A stretch of 64,000 nt of DNA from Planctomycetota bacterium (GTDB lineage Bacteria > Planctomycetota > UBA8108 > UBA1146). A program made the translations under genes and the position numbers. Below are positions 56,343-64,000 of the stretch, piece by piece. The stretch lies in the NCBI GenBank assembly GCA_965661685.1, contig CBFIET010000122.1:27270-91269 (forward strand). Reading direction: 5' to 3'. The notes beneath the pieces are model-generated. The model was not told where the DNA came from and did no database searches. It saw only the letters and a program-made list of their open reading frames with translations. The first letter of the stretch is position 1, and every line of letters starts with the position of its first letter.

Positions 56343-57195
56343 TCTCCTTCTCGCTCCCCTTGCCCTGCTGGTACCACTCCTCGAGCTGGTGCAGCTGCGC
56401 TTCCTCGACGCCGTGATGCGTCAGTTGCTGATCGACATGATGGAACCGATTTCGAAACCGAGCGAGCGATTCTTGTAACGCCTCTTCTCCATCGATGCCC
56501 AGCTTCCTGGCAACACTCGACATGGCAAAGAGGATATCTCCGACCTCGTGACGGATCTCTCGTGGGTCTGCAGCTTCTATCGCTTCCTTCAATTCACCGA
56601 GTTCTTCGGAGACCTTGGCCAGGGCTCCACCCTCATCGGGCCAGTCAAACCCTACCTCGGCAGCCATCTTGCCGATCCGATCTGCCTGCAACAGCGCCGG
56701 CAGGGATGCGGGAAGAGGTCGGATGGTGGGGCTCGCACTCCCCTCGATCCCTTTCTCCTCATCCTTGATGCGGTCCCACGCCTGTCGAACCTGATCAGGG
56801 GTCTCCGCCTCGCCCTCCCCGAAGACATGGGGATGGCGGCGGATCAACTTGTCGGAGATGCGTCGGGCGACATCCTCGAGGGTGAATTGCTCCTTCTCCT
56901 CGCCGATGCGCGCCTGCAGAAGGATGTTCATCAGCAGATCCCCGAGTTCCTCGCACAGGTGCTGAGAATCCCCCTCGGAGATCGCCTCTGCCACCTCGTG
57001 GGCCTCTTCCAGTAGAAAGGGGCGCAGGCTCTCTGGCGTCTGCTCCAGATCCCAGGGACAGCCGCCGGGGGAACGTAAGGTGTCGATGATCTCCTTGAGG
57101 CGGATCATCTGCGGCATCGGCAGCGCCGCGCCGGTTCCATCTTGCCTCTTCGCCATGGTCCTGGAGTCCTTTCGGGAGTCCTTCGTCGGGTCCAA
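56329..57195 (-). CDS. mazG: Nucleoside triphosphate pyrophosphohydrolase
   Basis: GGCPWDLEQT and EExxExxE motifs, duplicated MazG domain. Overlaps the moxR start by 14 nt. The true start may be an internal Met. Confidence 0.8.
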   Translation of the reverse strand: MDPTKDSRKDSRTMAKRQDGTGAALPMPQMIRLKEIIDTLRSPGGCPWDLEQTPESLRPFLLEEAHEVAEAISEGDSQHLCEELGDLLMNILLQARIGEEKEQFTLEDVARRISDKLIRRHPHVFGEGEAETPDQVRQAWDRIKDEEKGIEGSASPTIRPLPASLPALLQADRIGKMAAEVGFDWPDEGGALAKVSEELGELKEAIEAADPREIRHEVGDILFAMSSVARKLGIDGEEALQESLARFRNRFHHVDQQLTHHGVEEAQLHQLEEWYQQGKGSEKENDDA

Positions 57196-57467
57196 ATCGG
57201 TCGGCGGTCGACCTACCAGCGATTTCCGGTCACAGCGTCGACGAGAGGGGCCTCCTCATCAAGGGATGAGGCTGCTGCCGCCGGTACAGCAATTGCTTGG
57301 CTCTGCGTTGAGGAATCAACGGAGAGGAGGCGTGACGATTTCCGGGTGGAGCGAAACGGGTGCGACCGGTTCAGAAACGTCTTCTGAACCGACCACAACA
57401 GGAGAGGGCTCGTCTCGCCAGAGGAACCCTGCGGCCGCAACGCCCCGCCCGGAACTTCTACCTGGCG

Positions 57468-57758
57468 TTACTTTCTCTCGATGATGGTCGCCCTCGGCGG
57501 GATCTTGCCACCGCGCAGGTCAATCAGCCGGATGTTATTGTCGGTATCCTTGAACACCATCGTGTAGTTTCCAGAGGTTCCATTGACGGTGATCAACTCG
57601 CCGAATTCGGTGGGTACGATCCCTGCACGGATATTATTCCACTTCGGCTGCTTTCCCGATTGGGCTTCCGCTCGGGGTTCTGGCCATCTTCCAAAGATGG
57701 CCAGGAGGGCCACCAGTACGGCAATAGTGACGAACCAGGGGAGGCGATTTCGCTTCAT
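57468..57758 (-). CDS. Small hypothetical protein with an N-terminal TM/signal
   Basis: ORF only. Divergent from argS. Confidence 0.35.
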   Translation of the reverse strand: MKRNRLPWFVTIAVLVALLAIFGRWPEPRAEAQSGKQPKWNNIRAGIVPTEFGELITVNGTSGNYTMVFKDTDNNIRLIDLRGGKIPPRATIIERK

Positions 57759-57898
57759 CTCGATTCCTTTCTGTGAAGAGCTCTTCGTCGATCGTGGTGC
57801 TCTTCTCGGGAGCGTTTGATCTGGGACTCCCCTCCACTATAAAATGACAGCGTGACCAGCGTAGTACTTTCTTCTCTTGATAAATTAGGGGGACTGGA

Positions 57899-59644
57899 TT
57901 GCTTCATTTCAGGCAGCAGATCGCAGAGAGAGCGGTCTCGATACTGGAACTGGAAGATAGCGACCTCGTCGAGGCTCTGGCCAGTGCCGTCACCGATCCG
58001 CCTTCCAGTGATCTTGGAGATCTGTCGCTGCCTTGCTTCCCCCTGGCCAAGGCGACACGGCAGGCCCCTCCCCTCATCGCCGCAACACTGGCGGCGGGGG
58101 ACTGGAACCTGCCATGGATCGAATCGGTGCAAAACACCGGTCCCTACCTCAATCTGCGCGTTGCCCGCCCTGAATTCGCCAGCGAAGTTCTCGCACGTAT
58201 CGAAGAGAGAGGGGATGACTGGGGCGACACCGACAGCGGCAATGGCGACAAGGTCATCGTCGAGTACTCCTCTCCCAACATCGCCAAGCACCTGGCCGTG
58301 CATCACCTTCGCTCGACGATGCTGGGACAGGCGATGGCGAACCTGATGCGATGTGCTGGCTTCGATGTGGTCAGCTGGAATCACCTGGGTGACTGGGGGA
58401 CCAACTTCGGCAAACTACTCGCCGCCTGGGATCTCTACCGGGAGCAGGACGATCTCGACGACCCACCTCTGGAGGAGCGCAGTGATCCGGTCAGTGATCT
58501 CAACGCCCTGTACGTGACCTTCAATCGTGCCAGCGAAGAGGATCCACAGCTGGACGAGATCGCTCGCAACTGGTTCCAGAGAATCGAATCAGGAGATGAG
58601 GAAGCACGTCTTCGGTGGAATCGGATCCGTAGCGCCTCTCTGAAGAAGTTCCAGCAGATCTACGATCGCCTCGGCGTTCACTTCGATCAAACGGTGGGGG
58701 AATCCCATTACGAGGATGGTATGGCAGCCATCATCAGCCAGCTCCAGGATTCGGGGCTTCTCGAGGAGAGTGACGGTGCCGAGGTGGTACGGATCTCCGA
58801 GGATTTCCCTCCGATGCTGATCCGCAAGAAAGATGGCGCGACACTCTACGGAACACGCGATCTTGCCAGTGCCGTGGAGAGATTCAGGCAGGTGCCTTTC
58901 CAGCGCTGCCTGTACGTCGTCGATGCGGGACAGGGTCTCCATTTCCGCCAGGTGTTTGCCGTACTCGACATGCTCGGCTACGAGTGGGCATCGCGCCTCG
59001 AGCACGCAGAATTCGGCGTCATGAGGCTGCAGGTCGATGGAAACTGGAAGAAGGGCAAGACCCGCGGTGGCCAGGTGGTGCTACTGGAGGAGGTCCTGGA
59101 GCAAGCGGTGTCGCTGGCCGGTGATACGGTCCGCCTCAAGAATCCGCAACTCTCCGGGCAAGAAGTGGCCGAGATCTCCGAGGCGGTCGGCGTCGGGGCA
59201 GTGATCTTCAGCGATATGAAGGCCGCGCGGCGCAAGGACGTCAACTTCGACCTGGACAAGATCCTCGCCTTCGATGGAGAAACGGGACCCTACCTGCAAT
59301 ACACCCATGTGAGGTTCTGTGCCATTTTACGGAAGGCGCAGGAGCAGGGTCTTGAAGCAGGCAGCGGATCCCACCTGGTGGAGCCGGAGGAGATGACGCT
59401 ACTCAAGCGCATCCTGCGCTTCCCCGAGGTGATTTCCCGAGCTGCTCGTGACGCAGAGCCATCCCATCTGTCGCAGTACCTGCTCGAACTCGCCTCGGAT
59501 TTCAATACCTACTATGCCAAGCACAGGATCATGGGAGACGATGCCACGATCACCGCCGATCGACTGGCGTTGATCGGGATCCTCAAGAAAACCCTTGGCA
59601 AGGGGCTTCAGTTGCTCTGTATTCGCCCTCTGGAGCGGATGTGA
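57899..59644 (+). CDS. argS: Arginyl-tRNA synthetase
   Basis: Class I motif SPNIAKHLAVHH. Anticodon-binding DALR-type C-terminus. Confidence 0.9.
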   Translation: MLHFRQQIAERAVSILELEDSDLVEALASAVTDPPSSDLGDLSLPCFPLAKATRQAPPLIAATLAAGDWNLPWIESVQNTGPYLNLRVARPEFASEVLARIEERGDDWGDTDSGNGDKVIVEYSSPNIAKHLAVHHLRSTMLGQAMANLMRCAGFDVVSWNHLGDWGTNFGKLLAAWDLYREQDDLDDPPLEERSDPVSDLNALYVTFNRASEEDPQLDEIARNWFQRIESGDEEARLRWNRIRSASLKKFQQIYDRLGVHFDQTVGESHYEDGMAAIISQLQDSGLLEESDGAEVVRISEDFPPMLIRKKDGATLYGTRDLASAVERFRQVPFQRCLYVVDAGQGLHFRQVFAVLDMLGYEWASRLEHAEFGVMRLQVDGNWKKGKTRGGQVVLLEEVLEQAVSLAGDTVRLKNPQLSGQEVAEISEAVGVGAVIFSDMKAARRKDVNFDLDKILAFDGETGPYLQYTHVRFCAILRKAQEQGLEAGSGSHLVEPEEMTLLKRILRFPEVISRAARDAEPSHLSQYLLELASDFNTYYAKHRIMGDDATITADRLALIGILKKTLGKGLQLLCIRPLERM

Positions 59645-59650
59645 TCGAGA

Positions 59651-59938
59651 TCAGAGCAGGTCGAAGAGGTGGTAATTGATCCATGCCAGGCGGCCGTTGA
59701 GCTGGATCAGGTTCATCCCCTCACTGATGGTCCAGATCCAGTTCCAGGTCTCCTGCTCCAGGGAGGGATCGTTGCCCTTTTCCGCCTCGATCGCCCTGAC
59801 GAGGCTCTGATACCGCTCCAGGATCTCCACGGGTACCGGTCTGGTTCCTTCTTCGATCAGTCGATCGAGACAAGCACTCTGCAGATCGATGGCCTGGCGC
59901 AGGAACTGGATCAGCCTCTCCTCGGTGAGTACGGACAA
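59651..59938 (-). CDS. Hypothetical small protein
   Basis: ORF only. Confidence 0.3.
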   Translation of the reverse strand: MSVLTEERLIQFLRQAIDLQSACLDRLIEEGTRPVPVEILERYQSLVRAIEAEKGNDPSLEQETWNWIWTISEGMNLIQLNGRLAWINYHLFDLL

Positions 59939-60107
59939 GTTGGCCTCCTTCAGCCCCCCGGTATAGAGATATGCCCCTTCCGGGTCAACACGGACCCCAG
60001 TCTTCTTGCCTCTTTGTGCCTTGGTTTCTAGGATGCGTGTACCCGAGTACCGGGTTTTTCAGGATGAAAGCAGTGGAGGCCACGTGGGAAATGAAGATCC
60101 TGGTGTG

Positions 60108-61712
60108 ATGCAGAAAATCGTGTCCCTGTGCAAGAGGCGCGGCTTCCTGTTCCAGTCCAGCGAGATCTATGGCGGGATGAATGGTTGCTGGGATTACGGT
60201 CCCCTCGGCGTAGAACTGAAACGCAACGTCAAGGAATCATGGTGGGCTGACATGGTCACCCATCACGATGACGTTTCGATTCCCAGTGGCGCACAGGAAT
60301 CGTTCGAAATGACCGGTCTCGATTGTTCGATCCTGATGCACCCACAGGTCTGGAAGTGTTCCGGTCACCACGACCTCTTTCACGACATGATGGTGGACTG
60401 TCGACAATCGAAGAGAAGGTATCGTCACGATCAGGTCAGGGGCCGCTGGGCCTGCGTCAAGGACAAGAAGTTCTTCGTCACTGCCATCTGCGACCCGGAA
60501 GAAGAGGATGAAATCCTCACCGCGCGAGCACAGAAATGCTTTGGCCTGCGTGCCAAGGAGCGAGACCAGATCGAGTGGGACGGCAAGGCGACTTCGCTGG
60601 AAACTGTTGACGACTTCGAACAGGTTTTCGGACCCGATGCAAAAGAACCAGGAACATTGACGGAACCTCGTGAGTTCAACCTGATGTTCAAGACTCACGT
60701 GGGAGCACTCTTCGATGAGGATAGCGTCGCATTCCTGCGCCCCGAAACCGCCCAGGGTATCTTCGTCAACTTCAAGAATGTCGTCGATTCGTCCCGGGTT
60801 CGGATCCCCTTTGGTATCGCTCAGATCGGCAAGAGTTTTCGAAACGAGATCACTCCCCGTAATTTCACCTTCCGGGTCAGGGAGTTCGAGCAGATGGAGG
60901 TGGAGTTCTTCTGCCATCCCGATTCATCCCAGCACTGGTACCAGTACTGGAGAGATCGTCGGATGCAGTGGTACCAGGATCATGGTCTCTCCAGGGACCG
61001 TCTGATCCTCAGGGAGCACCATGCCGACGAGCTCAGTCACTACTCGACCGGTACTGCGGACATCGAGTACGCCTTCCCCTTCCTTCCAGATGGGGAGTAC
61101 GGCGAACTGGAGGGGATCGCCCACCGGGGAGATTTCGACCTGCGCAGTCACATGGAGGGAAAACTGGATCCTTCCACCAGCCCGCTTCAGGTGCAACTCG
61201 ATGAGCGAGGGAAGCCGCTCCACAGGGGCAGCGGTAAAGATCTCAGTTATCGGGACCCCGTCTCCAACGAGAAATTCATCCCTCACGTCATCGAACCGTC
61301 GGCAGGAGCCGATCGTGCTGCATTGGCATTCCTTTGCGAGGCGTACACCGAGGATATGGCCCCGGATGAAAAGGGCGAGATGCAGGGACGGGTGGTTCTC
61401 AAATTCCATCCGAGACTGGCTCCCATCAAGGCCGCAGTACTGCCGCTGGTCAAGAAGGACGGCATGCCCGAGGCTGCCACCGAGATCTACAGGGAACTCA
61501 AACGTGAGTTCCCCGTCTTCTATGACAACAAGGGAGCCGTCGGTCGCCGTTATCGGCGAATGGATGAGGCAGGAACTCCCTTCTGTCTCACCGTTGATGG
61601 ACAGACGCTGGAAGATGGGACCGTGACCTTGAGAGAGCGTGATTCGATGGAGCAGAGCCGCCTGTCGGTCGCCGATGCGCAACAGGTCATTCGAGAGGCA
61701 TTACGATCTTGA
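60108..61712 (+). CDS. glyS: Glycyl-tRNA synthetase, dimeric alpha2 (eukaryote/archaeal-like) type
   Basis: IVSLCKRRGFLFQSSEIYGGMNGCWDYGPLGVELKRN is the canonical alpha2-GlyRS N-terminus. Start placed at MQKIVSL. Confidence 0.85.
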   Translation: MQKIVSLCKRRGFLFQSSEIYGGMNGCWDYGPLGVELKRNVKESWWADMVTHHDDVSIPSGAQESFEMTGLDCSILMHPQVWKCSGHHDLFHDMMVDCRQSKRRYRHDQVRGRWACVKDKKFFVTAICDPEEEDEILTARAQKCFGLRAKERDQIEWDGKATSLETVDDFEQVFGPDAKEPGTLTEPREFNLMFKTHVGALFDEDSVAFLRPETAQGIFVNFKNVVDSSRVRIPFGIAQIGKSFRNEITPRNFTFRVREFEQMEVEFFCHPDSSQHWYQYWRDRRMQWYQDHGLSRDRLILREHHADELSHYSTGTADIEYAFPFLPDGEYGELEGIAHRGDFDLRSHMEGKLDPSTSPLQVQLDERGKPLHRGSGKDLSYRDPVSNEKFIPHVIEPSAGADRAALAFLCEAYTEDMAPDEKGEMQGRVVLKFHPRLAPIKAAVLPLVKKDGMPEAATEIYRELKREFPVFYDNKGAVGRRYRRMDEAGTPFCLTVDGQTLEDGTVTLRERDSMEQSRLSVADAQQVIREALRS

Positions 61713-63055
61713 TCTTTCTCTTTCTCGCCGTCCTGACTACTCCACTCGCTAGCGATCGTGCTCTCGACCAGGCGGTTGGCGAGCGCAACACCGCCGGGGT
61801 GATCACGAGGATCCAGCAACTCTCCGAGGAGAGGGGTGTGCGGGCCGTGGGAGACATCGCCACCGCCATCGGCCAGGTCGAAGCGGTACCCGAGTCTCGC
61901 TGGCACACGATGAATCGTCACCGCATCTTCGTCTCTGCCATCGGCAGCGTTGCAAAGTTGCCGGCAGGCCCGCTGCATCCGGAGATGAAAAAGTTACTGA
62001 AAAAGTTGAAGGAATGGCCGTCCAGGGTCTTCTTGCTGGAAGCATCTCTGCAGGCAGAAGGTGTCGATTCGGTCCAGCTGGCTCTCTCGGCCCTCGACGA
62101 TCGCGCGCCACAGGTCGCCGCCGTTGCGGCGAGGATCCTCGGCCACAGCAAGGACGTGCTCGCCCTCGAGCCCCTCATCTCGGCGATGACTCGCTGGGAA
62201 GAGCGGAAAACACGGGAGAAGGCGTCGCGGGGCGGACGTGAACAACTCTCGCTTCGTGCCCGCGACAGGGCATGGCTCTCCTGCCGCGATGCACTCAACC
62301 GCCTTACCGGGATCTCCCTGCACGGCGCCAAGCAGTACAAGAACTGGATCTCGGCCCACCGTGATGAAATCGACCCTTCCCAGGTCGATCTCACCAAAAC
62401 GGTGGAACAGGTCACCGGCACCGGTCTCTTCGGACTCGACATCACGGGCAAGAACATCGCTTTCATTCTCGATGTTTCCGGTTCGATGCTCGCCACCGAT
62501 CCTCCTTCCGATGAACAGCTCGAAAAGGCGCGACGCGGTACAGGAGTCAACGAATCATTCGAGGAGAAACTGCAAGCACTGATGGAGAACAGGCGGCGAA
62601 TCCTGCGGGCCCGTTCACAACTTTCCCGTGCCATCGAAGGGCTCGGTGAAGACAAGAGATTCACCGTCATCTCCTACTCATCTGAAATCAAAGCATGGAG
62701 CGATGTTCTGGTCGAGGCGACTCGCAAGAACCGGCTCAGCGCATCTGCTTTCATCAAGTCACTCAAGGCTCAGGGCGTCACCGTCACCGACGATGCCCTT
62801 CACCTGGCATTCTCCGATCCGACCATCGACACCATCTACCTGATCACCGATGGTGCACCGACCCACATCGGCAGTCAGGGGGATCGCATGCCAGCGGATG
62901 CACGCCAATTGATGCAGCAGATCTTGCTCGAAACCAAAGCACGAAATCACCTGCGAGGAGTCCGCATCTTCACCCTCGGATTCATCGATGCTGAGGAAGA
63001 TTTCCTGCGCCAGTTGTCAGGGGAGAATCTCGGAAAATACGTTCGTATCCGCTGA
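61709..63055 (+). CDS. Secreted HEAT-repeat + VWA domain protein (paralogue of 26070..27764)
   Basis: Signal peptide. HEAT-like repeats. VWA with MIDAS DVSGSM. Same architecture as the first paralogue. Confidence 0.65.
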   Translation: MIFLFLAVLTTPLASDRALDQAVGERNTAGVITRIQQLSEERGVRAVGDIATAIGQVEAVPESRWHTMNRHRIFVSAIGSVAKLPAGPLHPEMKKLLKKLKEWPSRVFLLEASLQAEGVDSVQLALSALDDRAPQVAAVAARILGHSKDVLALEPLISAMTRWEERKTREKASRGGREQLSLRARDRAWLSCRDALNRLTGISLHGAKQYKNWISAHRDEIDPSQVDLTKTVEQVTGTGLFGLDITGKNIAFILDVSGSMLATDPPSDEQLEKARRGTGVNESFEEKLQALMENRRRILRARSQLSRAIEGLGEDKRFTVISYSSEIKAWSDVLVEATRKNRLSASAFIKSLKAQGVTVTDDALHLAFSDPTIDTIYLITDGAPTHIGSQGDRMPADARQLMQQILLETKARNHLRGVRIFTLGFIDAEEDFLRQLSGENLGKYVRIR

Positions 63056-63074
63056 AGAGCGATAGGGGGGGCAT

Positions 63075-64000
63075 TTGTCCAGGTCCGTAGTCATCGTTGA
63101 GGGGTCGAGAACCCCTTTCGTCAGGGCAGGTGAGGATCTACGCGACGTGCCTGTTGACGAACTGGCACGCAGTTGCAGTCGTGATCTGATCGATCGCCTC
63201 GCCATCGATACGTCGCTTGTCGACGAGTTGATCCTCGGATGTTGCGCTCAGCCTCCCGATTGCGCCAACCCGGCTCGCGTCGTGGCACTTCGAGCCGGCC
63301 TTCCTGAAGTCACTCCTGCCCAGACCGTTGCACGCAACTGCGCAAGCGGAATGCAGGCGATCTCCGATGCCTTTGATCGTATACGTGTTGGATCTTCCGA
63401 TACCATCTTGGCCGGTGGTTCCGAGTCGATGAGCCGCATCCCGTTGCTTTTTCCCACCTCCTTCGGTTTCAAGCTCTCTTCCCTTTCGCGAGCTCGTTCC
63501 CTCGCCGAAAAGGTCGCTGGAGTCTTCAACTTTCGCCCAACCGATCTGAAACCACGTATCGGACTCCTCGAGGGTCTTCGAGATCCTTTCAGCGGGGAGA
63601 TGATGGGGGACACCGCCGAGCGTCTCGCCAGGGAGTGGAACATCTCGCGGCAAGACCAGGATCGTTATGCACTCACCAGCCACGAACGTGCAGTCGCCAG
63701 CAGCGATGCTCTCGGCAGGGAGATCTCGCCACTGGCAGTTCCTCCCCGCCTCGAGGAGGTGATTCGACACGACATCGGTCCCCGTCCCGATGCACAGATC
63801 GCCAAGATGGGACGGATGAAACCCTATTTCGACAGAAAGATGGGTACCGTCACCATCGCCAACTCCTGCGGAATCACTGACGGCTCGGCGATGCTGCTGC
63901 TGATGGACGAGGAAAAGGCCAGGGCGTTATCACTGAATCCGCTGGCCAGGGTAGTTGGCTGTTCCTTCGTTGGCTGCGATCCGTTGCGGATGGGACTCGG
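63075..64000 (+). CDS. Acetyl-CoA acetyltransferase (thiolase), 3'-partial
   Basis: VVIVEGSRTPF N-terminus and active-site NCASGMQAI. TTG start. The frame stays open to the window end. Not in the ORF track. Confidence 0.7.
   Translation, partial: MSRSVVIVEGSRTPFVRAGEDLRDVPVDELARSCSRDLIDRLAIDTSLVDELILGCCAQPPDCANPARVVALRAGLPEVTPAQTVARNCASGMQAISDAFDRIRVGSSDTILAGGSESMSRIPLLFPTSFGFKLSSLSRARSLAEKVAGVFNFRPTDLKPRIGLLEGLRDPFSGEMMGDTAERLAREWNISRQDQDRYALTSHERAVASSDALGREISPLAVPPRLEEVIRHDIGPRPDAQIAKMGRMKPYFDRKMGTVTIANSCGITDGSAMLLLMDEEKARALSLNPLARVVGCSFVGCDPLRMGL

Noticed and set aside
60006-60107. Possible N-terminal extension or leader regulatory element (T-box-like) upstream of glyS
   Set aside because: No specifier or T-box conserved sequence could be seen. 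The canonical GlyRS N-terminus begins at MQKIVSL.
63138-63770. 210-aa minus-strand ORF near the right edge
   Set aside because: Antisense to a thiolase reading frame that has a conserved active-site motif.
1-64000. CRISPR arrays, IS elements/transposases, integrases, rRNA, tmRNA/RNase P
   Set aside because: No regularly spaced repeat-spacer structure, DDE/tyrosine recombinase motifs or conserved RNA-gene sequences were seen on reading the window.

Overview
High-GC (~58-60%) bacterial chromosomal window. The pseudopilin/LamG content, dockerin-bearing beta-propellers, DUF1573, an LpxC-FabZ fusion and a eukaryote-like dimeric GlyRS point towards the Planctomycetes/Verrucomicrobia (PVC) or a related lineage, but that placement is tentative.

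The left 15 kb is a single plus-strand, translationally coupled operon. It encodes a type II secretion / type IV pilus-like pseudopilus module: a GspL-like PilM-PilN fusion, a GspM/PilO-like protein, a small RNPF-motif protein, a secreted TPR protein, a GspG major pseudopilin, a 463-aa LamG-bearing pseudopilin, a giant 1910-aa GspK-like protein, and GspJ-like and GspI-like pseudopilins. The giant GspK-like 'tip' protein and the concanavalin/LamG-like beta-sandwich domain that recurs in three components are the most unusual content. No secretin, ATPase, platform protein or prepilin peptidase is present in the window.

Downstream come holA, two tandem secreted beta-propeller proteins with C-terminal dockerin modules, and an NYN/OST-HTH gene with a multi-hairpin leader. 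These are followed by an ApaH-like phosphatase, trkH/trkA, an ECF sigma/anti-sigma module, selU, and a small putative islet (an SGNH esterase with atypical codon usage, a Lys-rich mini-ORF and a lipase-like hydrolase) bounded by two tandem-repeat arrays and tRNA-Ala.

The right half is a conserved housekeeping block:
- LPS and cell-wall precursor genes: lpxD, glmU-prs-rplY-pth, and skp-lpxC/fabZ-lpxA-oxidoreductase.
- Ribosomal, replication and translation-factor genes: rpsF-ssb-rpsR-rplI-dnaB and rpsB-tsf-pyrH-frr.
- A tRNA-Lys/tRNA-Glu pair with a terminator.
- gcdH, prkA, a mazG-moxR operon, argS, glyS, a second HEAT+VWA paralogue and a partial thiolase.

In total five tRNAs were found. No CRISPR arrays, transposases or rRNA genes were found.
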